This document shows positions 8,059-18,313 of a DNA stretch of 64,000 nucleotides, one piece after another. Numbering within the stretch: position 1 is the first letter of the stretch; each line of letters begins with the position of its first letter. The notes under the pieces were generated by a model. That model was not told the DNA's origin. It searched no databases and saw nothing but the letters and a program-made list of their open reading frames with translations. Position numbers and translations under genes: made by a program. This DNA is from Candidatus Eremiobacteria bacterium. GTDB taxonomy: Bacteria; Vulcanimicrobiota; Vulcanimicrobiia; Vulcanimicrobiales; Vulcanimicrobiaceae. Where the stretch lies: assembly GCA_963737065.1 (NCBI GenBank), contig CAVTRC010000001.1, positions 832,001-896,000 on the forward strand, read 5' to 3'.

Positions 8059-10716
8059 CTAGGCGCTAGCGCCGTGACATTTCTTGTATTTTTTGCCGCT
8101 GCCGCACGGACACAGATGGTTGCGCCCGATCTTATCCGCGTGACGCGCCGGCTTCGCCGGTTCGCCGTCGCCAAGATTCGTATGCAGTTGTTGAGGACGG
8201 CGATCCGCACCCGGCATCGGTCCGAGCAACTGCTCTGCTTCGCGCGGTGACAGACGCCCTTCGGGTGCAGCTTGCGGAACCATTGCACCGGCGGGGATCG
8301 GCTCAAACGGCGGCAACGGAGCATGCTGGCCACTGCCTTGGCCGCCATTTTGTCCGGGCGGTGGGCCATGCTCGATCACGACGCGGAAGACGCCTTTGAT
8401 CGCTTCGTCCGCGATGTTGTTTTTGAGCGATTCGAAGATTTCGTACGCTTCTTTTTCGTACTCGACGCGGGGATCTTTTTGACCGTACCCGCGCAGGCCG
8501 ATGCCGGTCTTCAAATGATCCATCACGTAGAGATGGTCGACCCACTGGCGATCGATGATCGGCAGAAGCAGATACCGTTGTTCTACCACGCGCAGAATTT
8601 CGGGTGTGACTTCCGCTTCTTTCGCTTCATAGGCCGCGCGTGCGCGATCGTTGAGCATGCGGCGGACTTCTTCGCGATCTTTGCCCCGCAGCTCGTCTGC
8701 CGTCAGCTCTTGCTTGATGGGAAAGACTTGATCGAGCATCGCGAGCATCTCGTCATAATCCCACTCGCTCGCATGCGCGTTTTCCGGCGCGTTGTGGTCG
8801 ACGGCCTCGTCGACTTTCGCTTCGAGGGACTGCAGCATGAACGTACGCGAGTCGAAGTTGCCTTCCAGTATCGCGCGACGGTCGGCGTAGATGATTTCGC
8901 GCTGCTTGTTCATCACGTCGTCGTATTCCAGGACGTGCTTGCGAATCTCGTAGTTGTGATTCTCGACCTTGCTCTGGGCCCGTTCGATCGATTTCGTGAC
9001 GAGCCCGGATTCGATCGGCTGCTCATCGGTGAAACCGACGCGATCCATGATGTTCGTCATGCGGTCGCCGCCGAAGAGACGCATCACTTCGTCTTCGAGG
9101 GAGACGTAGAACCGTGTCGACCCGGGATCACCTTGGCGTCCCGAACGGCCGCGCAACTGGTTATCGATACGGCGCGACTCGTGGCGCTCGGTACCGATGA
9201 TGTGCAAACCGCCCTTCTGCGCGACGTTCGTGCCGAGCTTGATGTCGGTGCCGCGACCCGCCATGTTGGTCGCGATCGTCACTTGCGCGTCCTGGCCGGC
9301 ATCTTTGACGATCTCGGCTTCCTGCTCGTGATATTTTGCGTTGAGCACATTGCACTCGACGCCTTTACGGCGCAGCATTGCCGCAAGCAGTTCGCTCTTC
9401 TCGATCGACCGCGTTCCGACGAGCACCGGGCGTCCCTTGGTGTGCTCGGCGATGATCTCGTTGACGACCGCGTCAAACTTTGCTTTCTCCGACTTGTAGA
9501 CGATGTCCGAGCTGTCTTTACGCGCCATCGGGCGATTCGTCGGAACCACGACTACGTCGAGGCCATAGATATCGCGGAATTCGCGCTCTTCGGTCTTCGC
9601 GGTACCCGTCATGCCGGCGAGATGATCGTAGAGACGGAAAAGGTTCTGGAACGTGATCGTGGCGAGTGTTTGGTCCTCGCCTCGAACCTTTATGCCTTCC
9701 TTCGCTTCAATCGCCTGATGGATGCCGTCGGAATAGCGGCGTCCGTGCATCAAACGCCCCGTGAACTCATCGACGATGATCACTTCACCGTCTTTGACGA
9801 TGTACTGCTGGTCCTTATGGAACAGATTCCAAGCCTTCAGCGCAGCGTTGAGCTGGTGTGCGAGCTCGATGTTGCGCTGATCGTAGAGATTCGTGATGCC
9901 GAGCATCTTCTCGACCTTCGCAACACCCGCTTCCGTGACCGGAACGGCGTGCGCCTTTTGGTCGACGGTGTAGTCTTCTTCTTTCTTGAGCCGCGGAAGA
10001 ATCTGCGCAAACTTTTCATATAGCTCGGTCGACTCTTGCGATGGGCCGCTGATAATCAGCGGCGTGCGCGCCTCGTCGACGAGGATGGAGTCGACTTCGT
10101 CGACGAGCGCAAAATAAAGCTCGCGCTGTACGAGATCTTCCATCTGCCACGCCATGTTGTCGCGCAGATAGTCGAAACCCACCTCGTTGTTCGTGACGTA
10201 TGTCACGTCGCACGCATACTGTTCGCGGCGTTCCGGCGGCGTAAGGTCGTGCTGAATCACGCCGACTCTCAACCCGAGAAACTGATAGAGCGGTCCCATC
10301 CACTCGGCGTCGCGGCGCGCAAGATAGTCGTTGACCGTGACGACATGAACGCCGCGGCCTTCGAGTGCGCGCGCATAGACCGGCAGCGTTGCAACGAGCG
10401 TCTTGCCTTCGCCGGTTTTCATCTCGGCGATGCGGCCTTCGTAAAGCACCTGTCCGCCCATGATCTGCACGTCGAAATGTCGCATGCCGAGCACACGCTT
10501 GCCGGCCTCGCGTACGACGGCGAAAGCTTCGGGCAACAAATCATCGAGCAGTTCGCCGGCGGCTAGGCGTCCGCGAAATTCTTCCGTCTTCGCGCGAAGC
10601 GCTTCGTCGGAGAGCGCTTCAGTCTGCGATTCGAGCGCGTTGACTTGGTCAACGGTGCGCCGCAACCGGGAAATTTCGCGCTCGTTGCCGTCGAAAAGCG
10701 CCTTGAGGAATGCCAT
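8059..10716 (-). CDS. secA: preprotein translocase ATPase SecA
   Basis: [29 protein letters not shown] and C-terminal [14 protein letters not shown]. Confidence 0.98.
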   Translation of the reverse strand: MAFLKALFDGNEREISRLRRTVDQVNALESQTEALSDEALRAKTEEFRGRLAAGELLDDLLPEAFAVVREAGKRVLGMRHFDVQIMGGQVLYEGRIAEMKTGEGKTLVATLPVYARALEGRGVHVVTVNDYLARRDAEWMGPLYQFLGLRVGVIQHDLTPPERREQYACDVTYVTNNEVGFDYLRDNMAWQMEDLVQRELYFALVDEVDSILVDEARTPLIISGPSQESTELYEKFAQILPRLKKEEDYTVDQKAHAVPVTEAGVAKVEKMLGITNLYDQRNIELAHQLNAALKAWNLFHKDQQYIVKDGEVIIVDEFTGRLMHGRRYSDGIHQAIEAKEGIKVRGEDQTLATITFQNLFRLYDHLAGMTGTAKTEEREFRDIYGLDVVVVPTNRPMARKDSSDIVYKSEKAKFDAVVNEIIAEHTKGRPVLVGTRSIEKSELLAAMLRRKGVECNVLNAKYHEQEAEIVKDAGQDAQVTIATNMAGRGTDIKLGTNVAQKGGLHIIGTERHESRRIDNQLRGRSGRQGDPGSTRFYVSLEDEVMRLFGGDRMTNIMDRVGFTDEQPIESGLVTKSIERAQSKVENHNYEIRKHVLEYDDVMNKQREIIYADRRAILEGNFDSRTFMLQSLEAKVDEAVDHNAPENAHASEWDYDEMLAMLDQVFPIKQELTADELRGKDREEVRRMLNDRARAAYEAKEAEVTPEILRVVEQRYLLLPIIDRQWVDHLYVMDHLKTGIGLRGYGQKDPRVEYEKEAYEIFESLKNNIADEAIKGVFRVVIEHGPPPGQNGGQGSGQHAPLPPFEPIPAGAMVPQAAPEGRLSPREAEQLLGPMPGADRRPQQLHTNLGDGEPAKPARHADKIGRNHLCPCGSGKKYKKCHGASA

Positions 10717-10902
10717 ACGGGTTTGTAACGTTCTCCGGGATCAGTTGTTTCTTTAAGAAGCTCTGCTTTGACCGATGTCTTCGTCGCCGCGCGCCCGATT
10801 TACCGCAGTCGAGTTTCACGGCCGCCGCCGCGCTTCAGTCTCCGCCACAACAGCTTCCGAGGTCGCTCTCGCCGCCGAGGGTGGAAAGGCACGCTTCGTC
10901 GA

Positions 10903-12036
10903 TTACGGCGCTAGGCCGAGGCCGATCACCGTACCCGGTGACGTGAACGTAGTCGTTGGCGCCACGTTTCCGGTCGCACCGGAAGGAAAGACGTAGATAA
11001 CGCCCGCGCCGGACGCCGTCGAATCCGCGACATAGATCTTTCCTGAGCTGTCAACTTTAACATCGGTCGGAGCAAACAGTTTTGTATTGCTTCCGGCAAT
11101 AAACGTCGGCGTCGTGCTGCCGTTCGCGAAGATGAGCACGGCCGGACATGAGGGCGTACACACTTTCGCTGCCTGGTCGCTGACGTAGAGCGTTCCGCTG
11201 CCGCCAAGCGCGATCCCGGTCGGCTGACCAATGCCGGTGGTGAGCGTCTTCACGGGCGCGACGTTGACCGGCGTCGCGGTCGGCGACGGTGTCGGTGAGG
11301 GGGTCGCCGTCGCACCGGTGGGCGTTGCGGTCGGCGACGGCGTTGCCGTCGGTGATGCGGTCGCGGTCGGCGACGGCGTGGGCGAAGGGCTCGGCAAGGT
11401 AAACTCCTCGACCGACGCGCCTTGAAGGTTCGTCACGTAGATGTTCTGGTTGGAATCGACGGCCACGCCGCTCGGGACGTTGAGTCCGGTGAGGGGACCG
11501 GCAACCCGTTCGATCGCGCCACCCAAGACCACCGCGTTGAAGAGCTGCAGCTGATTCGAGAACGCTTGCGGCTGGTTCGGATCGACGACGGCCGTGACGA
11601 GATAATCGGTTTTCGTCGAGCCGCTCGTCGTTGAGTACCCCGCGATGCCGCGCGGATGCACGCTTCCATAGCTGAACCCGTTGAAAGGAATGACGTTTCC
11701 GGTCGCTTCGGCTTTGATCTCGACAATCGCCCCGCTTTTAAGGCTGGGCTGCCAATTCGTCGTGAAGATGTTGGCTTTGCTGTCGAACGTGAGATACTGC
11801 GGGCCGTTTAGACCACCGGCGGAGCCACCGGTCGAAATCTGATAATCGGGACCACCGGCCGTCGACGTCGTATAGACGCTGATGCCGTTCTGCGTTGCAT
11901 TGGTCGCGTACAGCGTCTCGGGCGCGAACGACGGACCGACGGAAAGGGTTTGGTTTGCACCGCCGGACGCGCAGCCGGCGACCGCAATCGCCGTAGCGGC
12001 GAGTCCCGCAAGACCAATGGCAAGCCTACGCAGCAT
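10903..12036 (-). CDS. lipoprotein with NHL-like beta-propeller repeats and Pro/Thr linker
   Basis: lipobox-like VAGC; LNVPSGVAVDSNQNIYV and LFAPTDVKVDSSGKIYVAD repeats; RBS GAGGAGA. Confidence 0.75.
   Translation of the reverse strand: MLRRLAIGLAGLAATAIAVAGCASGGANQTLSVGPSFAPETLYATNATQNGISVYTTSTAGGPDYQISTGGSAGGLNGPQYLTFDSKANIFTTNWQPSLKSGAIVEIKAEATGNVIPFNGFSYGSVHPRGIAGYSTTSGSTKTDYLVTAVVDPNQPQAFSNQLQLFNAVVLGGAIERVAGPLTGLNVPSGVAVDSNQNIYVTNLQGASVEEFTLPSPSPTPSPTATASPTATPSPTATPTGATATPSPTPSPTATPVNVAPVKTLTTGIGQPTGIALGGSGTLYVSDQAAKVCTPSCPAVLIFANGSTTPTFIAGSNTKLFAPTDVKVDSSGKIYVADSTASGAGVIYVFPSGATGNVAPTTTFTSPGTVIGLGLAP
11270..11395 (-). repeat. Pro/Thr/Ser/Ala low-complexity coding repeat (SPTATP units)
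   Basis: repeated gcggtcggcgacgg units on the + strand. Confidence 0.8.
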
Positions 12037-12253
12037 ACAATCTCCTCGAGGAAAGCAGTCCCAGGTTGGATAGGCGGGCCACTTTTCCTGGAATGGATAA
12101 GCCGACCGCTGCCGGGTGATGTGACGCCCTCCACAGTTCAAAGGCGACGAATGCAACGATCGCGATCAGAATGATCGTAACGACCCAGCGGATTGCAAGC
12201 CGCCGGTGATACGCGGGCTTACTCGATTCCGTGTCGATAATCTGTCGAGGCAC
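12026..12253 (-). CDS. small single-pass membrane protein
   Basis: RBS-like AAGGAA; hydrophobic WVVTIILIAIVAFVAF; overlaps the next gene. Confidence 0.55.
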   Translation of the reverse strand: MPRQIIDTESSKPAYHRRLAIRWVVTIILIAIVAFVAFELWRASHHPAAVGLSIPGKVARLSNLGLLSSRRLYAA

Positions 12254-12277
12254 GAGGATTCCTTCTTAGGAGGACGG

Positions 12278-13099
12278 CTAAACCGTTTTGTCGTGCGGCG
12301 CGTGGTTCACGGCGTACGGCGTAACGTGCCGCAGCAGTTCACCTGCCGTTACGAACGTGTACCCGGCGCGGCGAAAACGAGCGACGATAGCCGGGATCGC
12401 CTCCACCGTTGCCAGTTTGCCGCTGTGCATAAGAACGATGTCCGGCGCCGTTGCGTTCTTGACAACGCCGTTTTCGATATTCTCGGGCGTGACGGTGCGC
12501 CAGTCGCCGGTGTCGTCCGTCCACAGCACGACATCGTAGCCCATTTGCTGCGCGGTCTCGATCGTCGCAATGGTATAGCGCCCGTGCGGCGGGCGCATCA
12601 TCGTGCGCACGGATGGATCGTGCACGAGGCTCCATAACACGTCGCGTCCGCGCGTGATCTCGTCGCGAACTTGCTGCGGCGTCTCTTGATCGAGATTCGG
12701 ATGCGAATAGGTATGATCGGCGATCTCGTTGCCTTGCGCTTCGATGCGCTGCGCGAGTTCCGGCCATTGTTCGGCATCGCGCCCGATCAAAAAAAATGTC
12801 GCGGGAACGTTGAGCGAGTGAAGCTCGTCGAGGAGCAACGGCGTGAACATCGGATACGGACCGTCGTCGAACGTCAGCGCGATGAGCTTCGGATGGTCAA
12901 CCGCACCGCGCGATTGCGTTCTCTCGGCGAGACGGTGAATGCGGGCACCGAGCCCCGTGCCGAGTTCTGCATCGGCATTCATCGTCGGCGTAATGACGGC
13001 CGACGTCGGTTCCGTCATATGCTTCAATTCGCGCGCGCCCGCAATCAGGAGCGCAATGACCAGGAGCGTCGCGATAACGGTTTGCATTCGCGCGCGCAC
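12278..13099 (-). CDS. polysaccharide deacetylase (CE4/NodB)
   Basis: LTFDDGP, HTYSHPNL, RPPHG and IVLMH motifs. Confidence 0.92.
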   Translation of the reverse strand: MRARMQTVIATLLVIALLIAGARELKHMTEPTSAVITPTMNADAELGTGLGARIHRLAERTQSRGAVDHPKLIALTFDDGPYPMFTPLLLDELHSLNVPATFFLIGRDAEQWPELAQRIEAQGNEIADHTYSHPNLDQETPQQVRDEITRGRDVLWSLVHDPSVRTMMRPPHGRYTIATIETAQQMGYDVVLWTDDTGDWRTVTPENIENGVVKNATAPDIVLMHSGKLATVEAIPAIVARFRRAGYTFVTAGELLRHVTPYAVNHAPHDKTV

Positions 13100-13100
13100 C

Positions 13101-14525
13101 TTACAACGGCGATGCGGACGGTGTCGTCCGCTTCGCGACGACGGCGTTGGCTAAATCACGGCCGACGTACACGGTCACGTCACTCGGCTGCGCGGTCGCC
13201 GTCGCGCTGGGGCTGCTGCTCGCCGGCGGCAAGCCCGTGATCGGCGTGGATTGCAGCGCTGCGGGCAATGCCGAACGCACTTTAGCGCCGGCGAACGTAA
13301 CCGTAGAATGTTCTTGGATTTGCGTCTTGTCCTGATCCGTGACGTCGGCATTACCCACGTCACCGATCGCGAAACCCGCATTCTTTAGCGTATCGGCAAC
13401 GGCGCGCGCGGCGCCCGTCGTTCCGCTCGCGTTCTCGACGTCCACGCGGACCGTTCCCGGAGCAATCGCGGCGAGAGCCATGGCGTCGGGCGATGGTTGC
13501 GGCGTCGGAGGCGCAATCAACGTATTCTGCACGATGCCCGCGAGTTGCGTTTTGTCGGGTATCAAATCGTCACCATCGGCCATCTCGACGTCGTCTGTAT
13601 ACGGCACCTGCGCGAAGTGCACGTTCTTCGGAGAGAAATTCGAAAAGTACGACGCAAGGGAAAACAGCTCGTTTTGCGTGAGATTCGTGTCAATGTCGCG
13701 ACGAATGACGGCAAGAATGTTGCCCGCGTGAATCAGCGTGTTCATCTTGTCGCCCTTGATCTTGTCGAGCACGGCCGTTATGACTTCATTTTGTCGCATA
13801 ATGCGGCATGGGTCGCTGCACCAGTCGTGACGGAAGCGGCCGTAACCGACCGCCGCATCGCCATCTAGATGATGCAGCCCTTCGGACAAGTGAATGTGCA
13901 GATGACCCCACGTATCATCATAGTCGAGTCGTCCGCCGGTGCACCCCGTGTGATTCATCAAACAATCGGACGTTTTGACGTAGAGATCGATCCCGCCGAT
14001 CGCGTTGATCAGATCTTTCGTTGCGTCGATGCGCAACACGACGTAACGGTCGAAACCCGGGATGCCGAGAAATTGCGCAATGACTTGCTGCGCTTCTTTG
14101 ACGCCACCGTCCGATTGCGCCTCGTTGATCTTGCGTTGCGAGCCGTTCGGATATGTCGCCAGCATATCGCGCGGTACTGAAACGACGTAAACGCCTTTAT
14201 TGACGAAGTCGAGGTTGACCGCCTTGATGACGTCGCTTCGCGAATTCTTCGAAAACTCGATGTCGTTGTCGGTGTAGTCATAATCGAGGCCTTCCATCAG
14301 CACGAGCAGGTTCGGTTTCCCGAAGACCTGATCGGGCGACGGCACGAAGGCGTCGGTAATGAACTGCACCGGGTTCTCGTGTTTGAAGATAGCGAAACCG
14401 GCAAGCGCGGACCCGAATCCGACGAGCACGAGCCCGATAATAAGCGTCGTACGCCGTATCCACAACGGCGTGGTAGGTTCGGGCTTTTCCATCGAGACCG
14501 GCGGCTGCTCCAAGTGCTTACCCAA
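13101..14525 (-). CDS. LCP (LytR-CpsA-Psr) family protein with LytR_C domain
   Basis: RSD, SVPRD, KINEA, RFRH..SD..RIMRQ; C-terminal VENASGTTGAA. Confidence 0.9.
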   Translation of the reverse strand: MGKHLEQPPVSMEKPEPTTPLWIRRTTLIIGLVLVGFGSALAGFAIFKHENPVQFITDAFVPSPDQVFGKPNLLVLMEGLDYDYTDNDIEFSKNSRSDVIKAVNLDFVNKGVYVVSVPRDMLATYPNGSQRKINEAQSDGGVKEAQQVIAQFLGIPGFDRYVVLRIDATKDLINAIGGIDLYVKTSDCLMNHTGCTGGRLDYDDTWGHLHIHLSEGLHHLDGDAAVGYGRFRHDWCSDPCRIMRQNEVITAVLDKIKGDKMNTLIHAGNILAVIRRDIDTNLTQNELFSLASYFSNFSPKNVHFAQVPYTDDVEMADGDDLIPDKTQLAGIVQNTLIAPPTPQPSPDAMALAAIAPGTVRVDVENASGTTGAARAVADTLKNAGFAIGDVGNADVTDQDKTQIQEHSTVTFAGAKVRSALPAALQSTPITGLPPASSSPSATATAQPSDVTVYVGRDLANAVVAKRTTPSASPL

Positions 14526-15900
14526 CCGAAATCGGCTCCTTTATGCCGGCCGCGACGCGTCCGTAGAAGTCAAACGGGCCATGACCTTCCAACGTGATCG
14601 GGGCGAATTCCCCGATCCGCGCATCGCCGGTAAAATACACACCGCCGTCGACGCCGGGTGCTTCGCCATCAGAACGTCCGTACCACACGTCGGCCCCTCC
14701 GAGCGGCGCGCGCAATGCATCACTCTTGCGCAGCCGGCGCCGCTCTTCGACGAGGACCTTGACCGTCGAACCGACCCGCTTCGCGCGAGCCCGTTCGGAA
14801 GCGAGCCGTTGCGCTTCACGCAGGCGAACCAGCCGTCTGCGCCGCTCGCGCGCGGGCACCTGACCGGTCAGTTGTGCGCCCGGCGTTCCCTCCTCCGCGC
14901 TGTACTCAAAAAAGCCGACGCGATCTAATTCGGCCCGGCCGATCCACTCCTCGAGGTATCGCACGTGTTCCTCGGTCTCGCCCGGGAATCCGACGATGAA
15001 GGTCGAGCGCATCGTAATTCCCGCGACGCGTTCGCGGAAGTCGTTGATGATTTCTAAGTAGCGCTCGCCGTTGCCGGGGCGCAGCATCGCGCGCAGGACG
15101 TCGGGATGCGCGTGCTGCAGCGGCATGTCCATGTATTTGCAGATCTTCGGAAGGCTCGCAATCGTGTCGATCAGTTCGCCGTCTACCGTTGCGGGATACA
15201 GGTAGAGCAACCGAATCCACTCGATACCGTCGATCTCGTGAAGATGCTGGAGAAGCGCCGCGAGGCCGCCTCGGCGCATTCCGCGGTCGCGTCCGTACAT
15301 CGACGTATCCTGAGCGATCAAGATCAGTTCTTTCGCACCGGCCGCCGCAAGCGCACGCGCTTCCTTGACGATCGACTCGGCGCTACGGCTGCGGAAACGA
15401 CCGCGCAATTTCGGAATGATGCAAAACGTGCACGGATGATCGCAGCCTTCGGCGACTTTCAAGTACGCCGTCGCTTTCGGCGTCGTAATCAAGCGCGGAA
15501 GAAAATCGTGCTCCGCCTCCGTTTCGAAATCCAAACGAACGGGTTTGCGCCCGGCATGAACGTCGTCGAGCAATTCGACGATGCTGCCGTACGCGCCGGT
15601 ACCTACGACGCCGTCGATTTCCGGAATCAGCGACTGGAGTTGCTCGCCGTACCGCTGCGCGAGACAGCCCGCCACCACAAGTTGCTGCCCGGGAAGCTTC
15701 CGTTGCGCGTGCTCGAGAATCATTTCCGTCGACTCGGCTTTTGCGGGATCGATAAACGCGCAGGTGTTGATAATGACGGTATCCGCGCGGTGCGCCTCAG
15801 CGGTGAGTTCATATCCTGCGGCGCCAAGCTTCGCAATCATGACTTCGGTATCGACCAGATTTTTTGCGCAGCCTAAACTAACGAAGGAGACGGTGGCCAT
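14518..15900 (-). CDS. rimO: ribosomal protein uS12 methylthiotransferase
   Basis: SLGCAKNLVD, NTCAFI, EGCDHPCTFC and APGVDG motifs. Confidence 0.95.
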   Translation of the reverse strand: MATVSFVSLGCAKNLVDTEVMIAKLGAAGYELTAEAHRADTVIINTCAFIDPAKAESTEMILEHAQRKLPGQQLVVAGCLAQRYGEQLQSLIPEIDGVVGTGAYGSIVELLDDVHAGRKPVRLDFETEAEHDFLPRLITTPKATAYLKVAEGCDHPCTFCIIPKLRGRFRSRSAESIVKEARALAAAGAKELILIAQDTSMYGRDRGMRRGGLAALLQHLHEIDGIEWIRLLYLYPATVDGELIDTIASLPKICKYMDMPLQHAHPDVLRAMLRPGNGERYLEIINDFRERVAGITMRSTFIVGFPGETEEHVRYLEEWIGRAELDRVGFFEYSAEEGTPGAQLTGQVPARERRRRLVRLREAQRLASERARAKRVGSTVKVLVEERRRLRKSDALRAPLGGADVWYGRSDGEAPGVDGGVYFTGDARIGEFAPITLEGHGPFDFYGRVAAGIKEPISVG

Positions 15901-15903
15901 GGC

Positions 15904-16395
15904 TTACCGATAATTCACAAACTGGAGGGGCAGTTCAAAGTTCATCGCTTTGAGTTCTGCGATGACTTTTTGAAGATCGTCGCGGCTCTTGCCCGTTACA
16001 CGAATCTGCTCGTCTTGATACTGCGCGTTGACCTTGACCTTGAGCGCCTTGATTTTCTCCATCAGCGGCTTGCTCTTGTCTTTCGGAATGCCGCTGCGTA
16101 CCGCGATCACGCGGCGCACGGTTCCACCGGCTGCCGGTTCCACTTCGCCGATGTCGAATGCCTTGATATCGATTCCGCGCTTCACGGCTTTGCTTTCGAT
16201 GATATCGATGACGTTTTTCATCTTCAGCTCGTCGTCAGAAACCACCGTGATCTTCTTCGAATCGTTTTCGATCGACGTTTTCGAGCTTTTAAAGTCGAAC
16301 CGGTTGTCGATCTCCTTGCGCGCCTGGTTGAGCGCGTTATCCAGCTCTTGCTGATCGATGCGCGACACGATATCGAACGACGCTTCGCTCGCCAT
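15904..16395 (-). CDS. yajQ: YajQ family nucleotide/c-di-GMP-binding protein
   Basis: SFDIVS, NRFDFK, RVTGKSRDDLQ, LQFVNYR. Confidence 0.95.
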   Translation of the reverse strand: MASEASFDIVSRIDQQELDNALNQARKEIDNRFDFKSSKTSIENDSKKITVVSDDELKMKNVIDIIESKAVKRGIDIKAFDIGEVEPAAGGTVRRVIAVRSGIPKDKSKPLMEKIKALKVKVNAQYQDEQIRVTGKSRDDLQKVIAELKAMNFELPLQFVNYR

Positions 16396-16428
16396 GAACC
16401 TTCCTCTACCTCAAAAATGCTCAGCCGG

Positions 16429-17184
16429 TCAGAGGGTGAAGCTGCGCTCCACGACGTCGCCCTCTGCGCCGAGCTTGCCGACGTGTCTTCCGTCGACAAA
16501 CACGTCCACGCCGCCCGCATTGCCGATTCGGACGACGGCGTTCTTTCCGTGGAACACGCGGGCGGTCCCGGCCGGAAACGTACCCTCCATGCTAACACTG
16601 CCGTCAACCGCTACCCTAATCCACGAAGCGGCCAGAAGCCGCACCTTGAGCGTCTTCGGCTCGTCGGAAGAGGCCGCGGCCGGGGACGCCAGCCCTCCAC
16701 CCGACATCGCCGGTGACGGCGAGCCGCCGGGCGGCTCCGTCGACATCGGCGATGCGGTATTAGAAGGAAGAGCGGCTGTCGCTTCGACTTGGCGCGCGTG
16801 CAGCGTGAACTCGTTGTAGAACACGAAAGCGACGAGCCCAACCGCGATGAGCGACGCAAGCCAAATCAGTGGAGAGAGGTTGCGCGGGCGCGGTTCATGG
16901 AGGCGCGAGATCGACGCAGACGCGGGCGGCGCACCTGCGGTCGCGGGACCGGATGGAGTCGCGCGGTTGAACTCGGCGACGACCTCTTCCGGATCGAGTC
17001 CCAGAAAGCGGGCGTACGTGCGAAGGAAGCCTCGGGTATAAACGGGCGCGCCGATTGCAGTCCAGTTCTCGTCTTCGATGGCACCGAGGTAGACCGAACG
17101 AATGCGGATCTGCTCGGCAACATCGGAGAGAGAGAGGCCGCGTGCCTCGCGTGCGGCGCGAAACCGTTCGCCCAATGCTGCCAT
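16429..17184 (-). CDS. rodZ: RodZ-like HTH-TM-DUF4115 protein
   Basis: N-terminal HTH with [17 protein letters not shown] helix; RIGNAGGV. Confidence 0.88.
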   Translation of the reverse strand: MAALGERFRAAREARGLSLSDVAEQIRIRSVYLGAIEDENWTAIGAPVYTRGFLRTYARFLGLDPEEVVAEFNRATPSGPATAGAPPASASISRLHEPRPRNLSPLIWLASLIAVGLVAFVFYNEFTLHARQVEATAALPSNTASPMSTEPPGGSPSPAMSGGGLASPAAASSDEPKTLKVRLLAASWIRVAVDGSVSMEGTFPAGTARVFHGKNAVVRIGNAGGVDVFVDGRHVGKLGAEGDVVERSFTL

Positions 17185-17230
17185 TGAGGGGTGGAGTTAT
17201 GCCCCTATTCCTGTTATCCTGTGCCACGGT

Positions 17231-18310
17231 ATGAGCCCTAAACCGCGCGTAATCGCTGCAATGAGCGGCGGCGTCGACTCCGCCGTCGCGGCCGGATTGC
17301 TCGTTGAAGCAGGTTACGATGTCGTCGGCGTGACGATGAAGATGTATTCGCCGACAAAAGCGCCGCATGCAAAAAGCTGCTGCGGCATCGACGATTTCGA
17401 CGACGCGCGCCGTAGCGCCGCAGTGCTCGGCATTGCGCACTACGTGCTGAACTTCGAAGAAACGTTTCGCCGCAGCGTGATCGAGCGCTTCGCGGACGAT
17501 TATGCGAACGGACGTACACCGAATCCGTGCGTTGCGTGCAACAACTTCGTCAAACTTGGAACGCTCGCGGAGTACGCACGCCGCCTGAACGCGCAATCGG
17601 TGGCGACCGGGCATTATGCGCGCGTGCAGCACCGCAATGACGGCCCGCATCTCTTTCGCACGGCGAACGCCAAAGATCAGTCGTACGCGCTCGCACAGCT
17701 GACGCCGGCACAGCTCTCGATGCTGCTGCTTCCGCTCGGCGACTTCGACAAGCAGGTGACGCGAGCGCATGCCAATCGCATGGGACTGCCGGTACACGAC
17801 AAGACGGAGTCGCAGGACATCTGCTTCGTGGAAGGCGGCGACTATCGCGACGTTCTCAAGCGCTTGCGCCCGGAAATCAACCGTGAAGGTGCGATTCGCG
17901 CGGCGTCCGGCGAACTCGTCGGCGCGCATGCGGGGATCGCGAACTATACCGTCGGACAACGGGCGAAACTGCCGGCGCACGACGACGGCGCGCGTTACGT
18001 CACGCGCATCGATCCGGAAACGAACACGATCCTGATCGGACGCGAAGACGAATTGATGGCGACGTCGCTCATCGCCGACGAAGTGAACGTAATTCGTCCC
18101 GAACGCTTTAGCCGTCCGCGCGCGCGAGTTCGCGCCATGGTGCGCTATCGGGCAACGCCCGCGCTTGCGTGCGCGAGCCTTTCGGGCGAAACGCTTACGT
18201 TGGAGTTTGACGAACCGGTGCGCGCTGTGAGCCCCGGGCAACTCGTCGCTATTTTCGACACGGACGGGACGGAAGTGCTCGGCGCGGCGACGATTCGTTC
18301 AGCTGCTTAG
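17231..18310 (+). CDS. mnmA: tRNA 2-thiouridine synthase
   Basis: [34 protein letters not shown]. Confidence 0.96.
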   Translation: MSPKPRVIAAMSGGVDSAVAAGLLVEAGYDVVGVTMKMYSPTKAPHAKSCCGIDDFDDARRSAAVLGIAHYVLNFEETFRRSVIERFADDYANGRTPNPCVACNNFVKLGTLAEYARRLNAQSVATGHYARVQHRNDGPHLFRTANAKDQSYALAQLTPAQLSMLLLPLGDFDKQVTRAHANRMGLPVHDKTESQDICFVEGGDYRDVLKRLRPEINREGAIRAASGELVGAHAGIANYTVGQRAKLPAHDDGARYVTRIDPETNTILIGREDELMATSLIADEVNVIRPERFSRPRARVRAMVRYRATPALACASLSGETLTLEFDEPVRAVSPGQLVAIFDTDGTEVLGAATIRSAA

Positions 18311-18313
18311 CGG

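Noticed and set aside
8272..10023. 583-aa ORF antisense to secA (and similar long shadow ORFs opposite dnaK, rnj and mnmA)
   Set aside because: Typical stop-poor antisense frames of high-GC genes, with no motifs.
11270..11395. CRISPR-like repeat array
   Set aside because: The repeats are codon-periodic Pro/Thr coding sequence with no unique spacers, and there are no cas genes.
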